Shown piece after piece: positions 25,725-39,066 of a stretch of DNA of 64,000 nucleotides. The notes below the pieces were generated by a model that saw only the letters and a program-made list of their open reading frames with translations, did no database searches and had not been told where the DNA came from. This DNA is from Neocallimastix sp. 'constans' (Eukaryota), in NCBI GenBank assembly GCA_050613775.1, contig JBODTK010000152.1, positions 310,001 through 374,000 of the forward strand. The letters are read 5' to 3'. How positions within the stretch are numbered: the stretch's first letter is position 1; every line of letters begins with the position of its first letter. Position numbers and translations under genes: made by a program.

Positions 25725-26520
25725 TTTTTTTTTTTTTTTTTTTTTTCTAAAGCATCAATTATTGAGAACTTTAAACTTTATTTATTTATTCATTTATTCA
25801 TTACATGGATATTACTTTTTAAAAAACATAAAATTAATAAAAAAATAAATATTATTTGTTCAATTAGAACACAATAAATATTTGAAATAGTAATGTAAAA
25901 TAAAAGTAATATTTAAGATAAAATGTATAAATAAATTCAGAAAAAAGTCCATATGCAACGAACTTTACCTCCAGATTATAAGATTTTTGTTTAAAGGAAT
26001 TCTTATTACGGATTAAGGATTGAATTGACAATCTGAAAGAAATTATGGTCTTTTCCTTCAGAGGCATTGGCAGCTTGCCTATCTTATTGAATTTTCAGCA
26101 TTGACGTTCCTTGTTAGTTTGTGCTTATACCATCGGAATAATAACCCTTGTCGAATACTAGCCCTAAGCATAATTTCTGTAAAAAAGAGACGCAGATCTC
26201 ATCAAGAATGGTGTTTTTCCAGAAATTATTTGATTCTTAAATAAAACATTTCATTCCTTTTTATAATTTGAATCAATAATGTCTAGATATCTTCCACCAA
26301 AAAAGAAGTTATATAATCTTTCTATGTCACATATATATTAACACACTCATTATTCAGAAAATTACTTAAATTAACACGATTTTCACCAATTGAGTTATTC
26401 ACTACATTATTAGTAACGATACTATTATTTTCACTATCACAAATATTAATATTTCTATTTTCACTATCACTAGTTCTACAATTATTATCAATATTATTCT
26501 ATATTTTTGGCAATGAAATG
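25725..26520 (-). mobile_element. 5'-truncated LINE 3' end (ORF2 C-terminus, 3' UTR, possible poly(A))
   Basis: Translates LYNFFFGGR...LFKNQ...TPFLMRSASL...TRNVNAENSIR, which aligns by eye with the element at 47690. T-run at 25725-25746. Confidence 0.6.
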
Positions 26521-27115
26521 AATAAAATTTTTTAAATCAAATTTTCTTAATATTTATTTTTATACTATACAAAAGTTTACATAAATATAAATATAAACAA
26601 ATCTCTTTGAAATAACAAATTATAGTTATTCATTATTTTAACTATTACTTTTTATTAATTTAATTTCATTTATAGTTAATATTTTATATATTATATTTTT
26701 ACTAAGCATTTACTTATTAGCTTTTTTATATACAAAATAAAAATATTTTTATAAAAAAAATTGTTATGTATAATATATACATACAACTTTTTTTTTTTTT
26801 TTAAATATCTTATTATTTATATATATATAATTTTTATTTTTTTTTTTATAATTTTATTATTTTTTAATTTTTTAATACATTTTTTTAAATATTTATATAA
26901 ATTTTGTATTACTATAATCATTGCTATTATTTAAATTAAATTTCATTAATTCAAAAATATTTAAATAATATATTAATATATATATATTTCTTTTTTTTTC
27001 TTTTATGTTATAATTGAAAGAAAAGTATGAGCTATTTATAATTCTCTTTTAGCATTTTTTTTTTTAAATAAGTATATAAAAATATATAGTTTATATATAA
27101 GTTTATATATAGTTT

Positions 27116-27970
27116 TTATTGTTGTAATGCTGTAGATACTCCTGCAGTTTTAGCTGTTGCAGTTGGTTTTTTAAAGGCAGCAGCAAATTTATTATTCTTA
27201 AGGTTCTTCTTAAATTTAATGACGGCTAAAGCAGCAGTACCACTAGTCTTGAAGTTACATCTGACACTGGCAGCTTCTGAATCACGAAGTAAACGTTTCA
27301 TAGTTTCTGTTAAATTAGAAGCACAAGAGAACAACTGATTATCTGTATCAAGATCTTTAGGGTTACTGGCCTTTACAGCTGTAACCACACGTAATTGTTG
27401 AGCAAGTGTATTCAAACGATCTACTGTGTTTAAAAGTTGCATCTTTAAACGTTTGTCAGTACAACTTTCGGCTAATTCTCGACAGTCTTTTAAGAGAGAA
27501 TTAGTAACTTGAGTAATTTCTAAAGCCTTTTGAATCATTTCCTTCTTTGCAATTGGATTAGAAGTTAAATTACTGTGAATAGCAGATAATTCCTCCATTT
27601 TTTGAGCAACAATATTAACTTTAGTAATAATAGTATTCTTACTACCGTCCCATTGAGCAGCTTCTAATTTAAGTTCACGTCCAGCAGCCTTTTTATAAAT
27701 AATACATTAATAAATTTAATTATAGTATATATAGAAAAATAATAGTTTATAACAGATATTTATATTAATTTATGATAATGAATAGTTTAAAATTATTACG
27801 AATATTATATATATATAATTTTGACATTTGATTTTTGTTGATATGCTGATGTTAATTATTATAATATTAATAGTTAGTTATATATAGAGTTATATATATT
27901 TTTTTTTTACCTTAATTGGGAATTCCTTGGATTCTTCTTGAGATAAAGGCTCAATTTCTGGCATTGGTTC

Positions 27971-28003
<33 letters not shown>

Positions 28004-29159
28004 AATAATGACAGGCTTACTAGATTCTTGAGTTTTAGAGGTAGAAGGTTTAATAGGTTCTGGTAAGGGAACATTACTTTGTTTAACGACAATAGGTTTT
28101 TTTTCTTCTATAACTGGTGGCTTTGGTGGTTCAGTGACAGTAGTACTATTAGGAATTTTAAGTTTCATAAGACCATTCAAAGCTCCTAAGAGACCACTTA
28201 ATTTCTTTGCAGCACCGAGTAAATCAGTGTTATCACTGGCATTGTATGGCTCAGAAAGAAGAGGCATTACTATTTTTTTATTTTTTTTTATTTTTATTTG
28301 TTTAATTATTTTATTATAATTTTATGTTTGTAATATATATATATATAATCATTATTATTATGATTTTTTTTTTATTTATATATTTTTAAGTGAAATTATT
28401 TAATAATTTTTTTAAAAAAAATATAATATAAAATAATTATTTATTAATTAATTATATTATATGTTAATTAATTATAATATTATCATTGATTATTTTTTAT
28501 ATCATTAATCTTCTTGAGAGACTCTATTAATTATTTTTTTATATTGTTAAATTATACTATACTTCATTATAAAATTATTATATATTATTTTCTAAATATA
28601 CCTCTAAATAATAATAAAATTTAATTAAAAATCATGTTATTATTTCAATCAATTCAACTTTTTTTTTTTTTTTATTTTTTTTTTATTTTTTTTTATAATT
28701 ATATTAAATATAAAGTTTATAAAAGAGAATAAAAATTAATATAATTTTTATTCTCTTTCTTTTTCCTTTCTTTTTCCTTTAACTTTCATTAAAAATTATG
28801 AATAATAAATATTAAATTTTTGCTAAATAAAAAAAAAAGATAATTTAAAAGAAAGTATAGATTACCTCTTTCAACTTCATCAATACACTTTTGTAATTCC
28901 ATACGATAAGCTTCATCTTCAGTATTATTCATTTCATGTTTAGCAATATCAATGAATTGCTTAGCTGAAGCAAGGGCCTCTTTTTGAATTTTTTCAGCTT
29001 CTTCCGGAGTTAAAGTATCATTTTCATTAGCAAGTCTATTAATGGAATTAGTTAAATTACCCACTTTAAATTATATAATATTATTTTATAATAATTAAAT
29101 ATATGTTAGAGTTTTTAATTTAATATATATATATATATATACAAATAATTATAGTTTAA

Positions 29160-29191
<32 letters not shown>

Positions 29192-31644
29192 GTAGATTAT
29201 ACGTTTTAATAATTTAAATAATAATAAATATTACTTGTATTTGATAATAATTCTTGAGTAGTATAGAGTCCTGGTTCTACAACTAAAGATTCTTTTAATG
29301 CATTAACTTGATCTGTCCAAACGCCAGCAACATTATCTAAATTCTTTCTAAGATTTGGATCGTTTGGATTTTCAGATGTAGCTTGTAAAGCATCAATTAA
29401 GATATCCTTCATTCTATCTACATTTTCTTTCTTCTTTTCAATAGCATCATTGACAGAAGAATCATGCTCAGCGGAAACCTTATCATTCATAGTTTGATAA
29501 TCATCACTTAATTTCTCAATATTCTTATTTAATCTATCAATATCTTCCTTTTGTAATTGTTCATTAGGAGAGATAGCTTTCTTATAAGCGTTACCAAAAC
29601 TAGTGGTTTCGTCATTTTTATTACTGATATCATCACATAGTTTAGCCATATTACCCATTAATTGACGATTTAGTTCACTGTTAACAAATTTTGCACAAGA
29701 AGTATTGTATTTTAATTGATTAATAAGATTATTATTATCTACCTCATCCTCGAATTTTTCATTAGCACATTTATTACCCATATTATGAGCAGTCTCAATT
29801 GAAGTTTTTACACTATCTATTAAATCTTGTAATTTTTTCTTTTCATTATCATCATCAATTTTATTAATAATTTCTATATATATTATTTTTTTTTTTTAAA
29901 AAAAAAAAGGAAAGAAAAAAATACAAAATTTTATTAATATAAATTATATATGTATTTATTTATTTATTTTATTTTCTTTATGATTTAAATAAATAATAAC
30001 GATTGTAACTAATATACCTTGGGCTTCTTCAATAAATTGTTTAGCTTTATTATCATAGGAAGCTTGGGCCTCATTAAATGCTTTAACATCTTTATTTTTA
30101 ATAGCATCAATCATATCCTTTTCATCAGCATCCATACCATTAATAAGTTCAGTAAGAGCACCAATCTATTTATTTGTATTGTTATATTTTTTTTTTAAAA
30201 AAAAATTATTAATATCATTTTTAATGACAATACATAATTATTAATTAATTCTCTTTCTAAATTATTAAATAAATAAATATTCTTATATTATATTTAAATA
30301 TATATATAATTTTTCTAATATTTATTATTTGTTATTAATAAATTAAATTAAAAAAAAAATAATATAAAAAAAGAAAAAAAAACAAAAAATAATTATTTAC
30401 TTTAACAAAAGAAGTATCATCCACTTCACTAATTTGAACAATTCTTTTAATATCTTCTGTAGCAATAATTAATGATTTACAGACGTTATGGAAATTATTA
30501 GCAGAATCTTTATTATCTGGGTGTTGAAGGTAAGGTTTACAGGAACTAATTAAAAGAGGACTCGTTTTAACTAATAAATCAATAGCTTCTTTAAGTTCTT
30601 TCTTTAAAGAATCAGATAAGAATTCTGCAATACGTTGAGTAGCAAGGGAAGCTAATTTAACTGAATATCTACTACAAACCTTAATGGCTTCTACAATTTT
30701 TGAAGGGTCAGTATTATCTTTACATTGTTCATAGTAACTAATTAAGTCATTACAGAGGAGAACGATTTTTCTTACGTGGGAATCATCATAAGAATTCAAT
30801 AGGGTAGTAATCCCTTCTAAAATACCTTTTGTAGCATCGACTAATAAATCTCGGCCTTCTTTAGAACATGGATCTTCTTTTAAGCATTTTGCAGATCCTA
30901 ACATATTTTCAGCAGCCTTTTCAACTTTAATATTATATATATATATTTATTTTATTTTTTAAGATATTTGAATATATAAAAATCATTGTATTTTAAATTA
31001 CAAATTAATATAAATATAAATGAAAAATGAGTTTAAGTTAATATCATTTCAAGTTTAATACTTTTATTAAATATATATGTGACTAGACAAATAAAATAAG
31101 TTTTTAACTCTTTCATTTTTAAATTTATTTAAAGTAATTACAATTACAAAATTAAAATAAAATAAATAATACACGCACACACATACATACATATATATTT
31201 GTGTGTGTGTAATATTATTTTTTTTACAAGTTTAATCAACTATAGTTATGTAATAATGAAATTGAAATAAAATAATAATAATATTTAAAAACAAACAAAC
31301 AAACAAACGAAAAAAAAGCATAAAAAATAATATACTATATAATTTTTAAATTATTTTATTGTATTTTATATATTATTTCAAATTTTTTTATTTTTAATTA
31401 TATTTTTACCAATTTGTTTTCCCTCGCTCATTTCAGATTTTAATATTTCATCTGCTTCCTGACTTTGAATAATACTTAAAACAACATTAATGAAATTTTG
31501 AATTTGTTCTACCACTAAAGTAGAATATTCTGAAATATCTTCCATTGCCGAGTTATTTTGTTCTGCTTCTGCATTTCTAATAATTAACTGAGAAATGACA
31601 TCAGCAATTGGAGAAATAATTTCCTTTGTTGTTGCTGTGAACAT
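27116..31644 (-). CDS. Vinculin/alpha-catenin family protein, 7 exons (31644-31410, 30924-30401, 30165-30018, 29873-29235, 29063-28866, 28269-27911, 27688-27116), ~891 aa
   Basis: The N-terminus MFTATTKEIISPIADVISQLII resembles the vinculin head; also DPCSKEGRDLLVDATKGILEGITTLLNSYDDSHVRKI. Proline-rich hinge (PEPEPEP). Tail AAGRELKLEAAQWD...CTDKRLKMQLL...LAQQLRVVTAVKA. All junctions are GT-AG and preserve frame. Confidence 0.9.
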
Positions 31645-32695
31645 TTTTTTTTTGTATTATAAAAATTTATTTTAAATATTTTATTTTACTTTATTTTTTT
31701 TATACTTTTATTTTAATTTTTATACAATTTAAGAGATTAGAGTATTTTTTTATTCTTCTTCTTAATCTTTATTATTTATATATTGAATATATTGAATAGA
31801 TAGTATTAACTTTTTATTTACAAAAGTAAAAATAAAATAAAATAAAATAAAATAAACTATAAAAAAGACTTTAAAAGAAATTATTTTTTTTTAAAAATTA
31901 AAAAGAAAATTTATAATAAATGAGAGAAGAAAGATAATTAAAAATAATATTTATTTTAACATTTATATATAATTATAGTTAATATATGAAGATATATATA
32001 GTTTTAGGTTATTATTTAATTAAATCTAACTTTTTTATTTATAAAATAACTTATGAATTATAATTTATATAAATATATATTAATTAATTATAGTAACTTA
32101 AGTTAAATATATGTATATAAATATATTTTTTACCATTAAAATAAATAAAAAAAAAAATTTATAAAATTATCTTACTTTAAAAATTTTAAAATATTTAAAC
32201 TTTTAACATTTTTATTCCTCATTTTAGATATATATGTATTTAAAATTAAAATTATTTAAAAATTGAGATTGATATATTTATTACTAATGATTTTTATTGT
32301 TAAGTAACCAATTTTTAATATTAGAAAAAAAATTATAGAAATATAGAAATATAAATTATTACATCTATAAAATCTATTTATAATTAATAATAAAAACTAT
32401 AAGAATTATTATTTTATATTTAATAATTAATATTACAATATATATTTCCAAAAAAATACTATATATTTCATTAAAGGATTTGGATAATTAAAAAAAATTA
32501 ATAATTAAAATTTTTTAAATATTTTAATAATAGATATCTTATTTATTTTAGTATCATTTATAGTTTCTAAAATCTCATAAGTTAAAAAATTAATCTACAT
32601 AAAAAAAAAAAAAAAAAAGATTAAAAAATTATAATATCAGTAGTATGGAGATTTGGTATGTTTATTTAAGTTTTATTTAATAAGAATAAAAAACC

Positions 32696-33092
32696 GGGAG
32701 AGTTGCATTTCCCCAAATTGCATTTCGCCAGGTTGCATTTCGCCAAGTGGCGTAGTATTAAAATGTTGCATTTCCCCAAGTTGCATTTCCCCAAGTTGAT
32801 TTTCGCCAGGTTGCATTTCGACAAGTATAGTATTGATATAAATAAATGAATAAATAAATAAATATTAATTCAAAATATATTTTTTTTAAAATTGTTTTTA
32901 TGTGATATTAATAATATTTCATTTTATTTATTGATTTATTTATTTATTTAATAATTTTCAAATTTGGCGAAATGCAACTTGGCGAATTGCAATTTGGCGA
33001 AATGCCACATTTTTTTAATACGCCACATGCTTTTAAAAAAATTGGCGAAATGCAATCTGGCGAAATGCAATTTGGCGAAATGCCCCACACCC
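32696..33092. mobile_element. Non-autonomous MULE/Foldback-type MITE (397 bp) with 9-bp TSD
   Basis: TAAAAAACC at both 32687-32695 and 33093-33101. Ends are GGG...CCC. The left arm is built of 15-bp units TTGCATTTC(G/C)CCA(A/G)(A/G), and the right arm of their reverse complement TTGGCGAAATGCAA. Confidence 0.9.
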
Positions 33093-34924
33093 TAAAAAAC
33101 CTACTAAAGATTGGGGAATTTCAATAATATAGGTTAGAATTTATATATATACATAGGGGATCTTGCACTGGATTCTATGATTCTATAAAAGAATTTTAAA
33201 TGATTATTATATGATTTATATTTATTATATTTATAAAAAATAGTAATACTTTATAATATAAATAGGTATTATTATAATGACATTTCTTCAATTATTTATT
33301 ATTTTATTTATTTATCTCCATATATTAATTAATTCGTTTTATTTTTAAAAATTTTTATCAAACAATATTATTCATGTTCTTATAATTGTAAATATTATCT
33401 AATTCGTATTTAATTATACCCATGAGTAAATTTTTATCAATTAACCATTATTATAAATTATGTATTCTATATATCATTATGCTCTTTAAATAAAATAAAA
33501 AAAATTATGATTATATTCAATATGTACGTTGAATTATATAATTAATAAAAAATTAAATATAAAACACTTGCAATAAAATATAATATTTAAAACGTATAAA
33601 TGAAAAATATGAATATTAAACTAAACAAAATTTTTTAATACTATAGTAATGAACTATAATATATATATATTGTTTTATTTATTTATTTTTTTTGTTTTGT
33701 TTTGTATTATTTTAAAAAGATTGTCAACAATATTTTTTTATTCACATTAATTAAAAAAATTTATATTTATTAAATATTAATAGGATTATATTTAATTTTT
33801 AAATAATTGAAATAAAAATATGTAAAAGATTGCTTATTAATTAATGAAGTTAATATAACATAAATTCATTAGTTTAAAATTTTCAATAAAATTATACAGT
33901 CAATAGACAAAATTTTTGTATTAATCAATCTTAATATAAAATCAATATGCTAAAGTTTAAAATATTAATGAGATAAAGCTTTTCTAAAAAATATTATGAT
34001 TCTTTAAAACCTATAAAAAATTTATATTAATATAATACTTAAATCTTTAAAAATATATAATATATAGATATTATAAAATAATAAATATTATTACGTTAAT
34101 AATCATTATTTTAATATTGATAGAATATTAAATAAGAATTGTTAGAATAAATTTAATTATATCTTTAAAACACATTTTTTTAAACTTTTATATTAATATA
34201 TTAGTTACATATTAAAAACAAAAATGAGAATTATATTAATAAATCAGTAATAATTAATATGAATTATAATATATCTATATATATTTTTTGAATAATTTTT
34301 AAAAAGAATTTTTAATTAAAATGAATGAATTAACGTATAAAAAATTTTATAAAAAATAATACATATAAATATTATAAATAATGTAGTATAACAACTTTGG
34401 TTAAATATTCATAGAGATCATTCTAAATAATAAAATAGTACTATTTTATTAATAGTATTATTTTGTCTTTGAAATTATTTATACTTTTTTATACACTGAA
34501 ATTAGTATTAATATTAAAGTTGTATTGATATTAATTATTTAATATATATATATTTTTTAATTTAAATTTCATCATCCTATATATATTCATTATTAATATA
34601 CCATATATATAAAAAACATATATATTATATTAAAATCTTTTGATTTTTTTTTTTAAATGATTTTAAAAAAAATTCCGTATTTAATAATTAATATTAATTT
34701 ATTAGTTATTTAAAAAGAATTAAAGTTCAATAAAAAATTTTTTTTTCCTGTAAAGGTGTTTTAATAATCTATGGGTCTATTTAAAAAATAATAATTGATT
34801 ATTGAATTGAAAATTTCAAAAAGAATTAAACTTTTTATTATCAAATTGATATAATTGTTATTTTATCATCTTAGATTTTATAGTAATTTTTTTCTTTTAT
34901 CTTTAATTTAAAATAATTTAAGAT

Positions 34925-35063
34925 AATAATAATAATAATAATAAATAATAAAATAATAATAATAATAATAATAAATAATAATAATAATAATAATAAATAA
35001 TAATAATAAATAATAATAATAATAATAAATAATAATAATAATAATATAATAATAATAATTATA

Positions 35064-35143
<80 letters not shown>

Positions 35144-35165
35144 TAATAATAATAATAATAATAAT
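34925..35165. repeat. (AAT)n microsatellite
   Basis: About 240 bp of imperfect AAT repeats. Confidence 0.95.
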
Positions 35166-35922
35166 AAAATTTTAAATATTATTTAAAATTCTATTTTTAA
35201 AATAATTAATTTTGTTAATTAAATTTAATAAATTTTAATTTTGAAAGTCAACATTTAATATATCCATATTTGTAGTTATTAAAAATTTAATCAAAAGTTA
35301 GAAATTAACTATAAATAAATAAATAAACAAATAAACAAATAATAAATAAATAAATAATAAATAAATAAATAAAACATAAAACATAAAACATAAAACATAA
35401 ATCATAAATTAACAAATATAATTATACCAATATTTCATTATCTAATTCTATGGTTGATATAAAATTTATTAATTATCTTTTATATTTATTAATTTAATTT
35501 AAAAAAACACTGAAATTATATTCTGATTAAATATATATTAATACTAAAATGTTATTGTTTAAAAAAATTTCAAAAATATTAATAATATATAAAATAATAA
35601 TAATAATTATAGCAACAGTAATATAGTAAATATTCATAATTAAGATTAATAAATATAATGAATATAATATTATAATTAAAATGAAAAGAAAACAACGAGG
35701 AATAGCATAATTTTTATTTTTCTTATCTATAATATAAAAATTGAAAAGTATTAATTAGAATTGAAGCAGAAAACTGATAATAAATATGAAAGATCATTAT
35801 ATATAAAATTAATAAATAAATGAGAGATCTGACTATACAAAGGAATTCATTTTAACTTGTAATTTTAAATACAAAATAAATAAATAAATACGAAATAAAT
35901 AAATAAAGAAGTAAATACGAAA

Positions 35923-35965
<43 letters not shown>

Positions 35966-38900
35966 AATGAATAATATATATAATTAATTATAAATATACT
36001 TATTACATATTGAATTTATGAATATTTATTTCTCTATTTCTTAATAATATTATTAAAAATTAAATATTGTTATTACTAATTATTTAATTAATAAAATGCT
36101 TTAAACCATTTTATATAGTTTGACTAATAATTTATATTATCATTTAAGACTATATTATTAACTATTGTATCTTTAATAAATTATTTATAATTTCAGTAAA
36201 TGTAAATTTTTTTTTTTTTTAAATTTTATTTTGTTTAAAAAATACATTTTTATTCAAACTTCTTATTTAAGGGAATTCCATTAAAGATTCTATTAAAAGG
36301 TTAATTTTTATTTTGTTTGACTCATAACTTATTAATTTTTTAAAAGAACTTTTCTCTATATATTATATATAATTATGATGAAAATCAAAAATGGTTTTAT
36401 TCTATTACACGAATTTTTTTTTTTTTTTTTATTTTTTTTTTAAAATTTATCATGAGTTAATTTTATTCTATGAATGATTGTGTAATAAAAATATTATTCA
36501 AAAAATAATTTAATAAATTGATTATATTAAATACATTTTTGAAATTTAGATATATATATTTATAATAGATTATGCATATTATGGAATATATATTACAATA
36601 AATTGTATTTTATTTATATATTTCACAACTTTAATTACTTTTAAATATATGACTCTTTCACATATTAATAATTAAATGATAATATATTATATATCATGAA
36701 AGAATAATATTATTCCTTAATTGCTACTTAATTTAGGAAATATAGAGATATTTTTTTTAAATTAAATATATGCTATTAAAATCAATAGAGTATATTATAT
36801 TTATTGAAATAGCCTTTTCTTTCTATTATTAAAATTTTTATCAATTGTAATTTTAATTTATGAAATTTATTTATTTAATAATTATTTATTCATTTTATAT
36901 TTTATTTATTTATTTATTTAATATTTATCAAAAAAAATAGCAAAAAGTTTAAAAAATTTAAAAAAAAATTAGAAAATAAAAATAAATATAAAAATAAGAA
37001 ATAGTACATTAAGAAAAAAAAATTTTTATATAATATTAATAAAATATTAATTTTCATATAATATTAATATATTTATTATATGAAAAATAGTATATTTTTT
37101 TAAATGAAAAGATAAATACAAACATTTTATTCCTTCAATGTTTCTATAATAAATAAATCATCATTTATATTCTTATTGCTTATGCACTCTTATTCGTTGA
37201 AATATACTATGCTATATTGTAATAATATCTTAATGCATTATAAACCTAATTTATATTTCCTTTTTTATGGACTACTTTTTTTTTAACTATGATTGTAATA
37301 AAAAATATATATATAAAAGGTAATATAAAATATGAAAAATATAGTATTATATTACTTCATTATTAAAAGAGAAAGAAATATATAAAGACATAATTAAAAA
37401 ATGATGTTAAGAACATAATATTTATTTATTATTAATTATTTAATAATATCATTTAATAATATTATTATTTAATATTTAATTATTATTTATAAAATATTTA
37501 TTTAGAGTAAATAGAGATTAAATTTAAATTAATTATTGAGATATAAGTGTTGATTTATAGTATATAATATATTAACTCTCGATATTTATTATTTTATATT
37601 TATTAAATTATATGTCAATGTATAACTCATAAATAATCTACTTTAAATAAATTTTTTTTTTTTAATTTTTTTTTAAAAAAATATTTTTGTTAAATTAAAA
37701 TTTTTACATATAAATTATACAAGTATGTATTGTTTAATTAATTATATTTTACAATGGGATAGGTAAAAATTACAATAATAATAGTAATTATGATGAAAAA
37801 AAAATAATGAAATGAAATGAAAATACAAACAATGTTTAAAAAAAAATTGTAAATGGTAAAACCTATTTTATTTTATTTTATTTTTTTTTAAAAATGTGAT
37901 TATAACTAAAAATTAAAAATTTAAAATTAAAAAATAAAAAAAAAAAAATTGAGTAGAAGTTGAATAAATTAAATTATGAAATATAAAAAATTCATTAAAA
38001 ATTGATTATAGCTATATAAATTAATTAGTAATGAATAAAAGATATTATAAATTTTAAAAAATTTCATCATAGCAGTATTTAATCATTAATTTATTAATTT
38101 CTTTTGTTTTTTAAAATTGCTATTATTTCTTTTTAATTACTATTCTTAATTATTATTCTTAATTATTATTACTATTATAAGTATTTATTATAATTATTAT
38201 TATAATTATAATAATTATAATAAATTTTCTGAAATAAAAAAAGAAATATAATTATTAATTTGATATATCTATAAAATATATATTAATTATGCCAAAGTTT
38301 AAAAAAAAAAAAAAAAATTAAAATATATTATTAATAAATAATGAATACATTTTAATATATTCATATAAATATATTAAGTATTAATAAAAAAGAATAATAA
38401 TTAAAATAAAATTTATAATTTTATTAATCGGTTGAAAGTTGATGAAAAGGATAATTAATTAAATAATTAATTAATTAATAAAATTAAAAATAAAGAAAGA
38501 AAAAATCAAATAAAAAGCTCAAAAATTTCCATTTTTATAATTTTTTCTTTACAAAATAATAACTTACTTTTAATAATAAATAAATAATAAAAATCTTTTT
38601 TAAAACTAATAATATTAGTTTAAATAATTATACTAATTATTAAATATATAATAATTATTATAATTACCGAATTTTTAAAAAAAAAAATTAATAATAAAAT
38701 ATCAAAATAAATTTAAATTTTTATCCATGATAAACTATACTAATTCTAATCAATTAGAAAGTGGTAGAAAAGGTATGATAATTTAAAAGAATTAACTAAT
38801 TTAATAATTATATTGGAATATGATGACATTATTACATATAATATTATTGTTATATTTGATAATTTTATCTAAATTACTGAAAATATTATTATAAAGAGAA

Positions 38901-39066
38901 ATATATATATATATATATAATATGGAACGAAGAATAAAATAATTAAAATATGTTGTTTAAATGATATAATTTATGCTTCATAAATAATATTAGTACGGAA
39001 GCATTGTTTTTGTTTTTTATAAAAATTAATATTATATTTTAACAATTTTTTATTTTTATTCTGTAG

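Noticed and set aside
32696..33092. Short regularly spaced repeats resembling a CRISPR array
   Set aside because: Units are contiguous without unique spacers, inverted between the two arms, and flanked by a TSD; this is a MITE. No cas genes are present.
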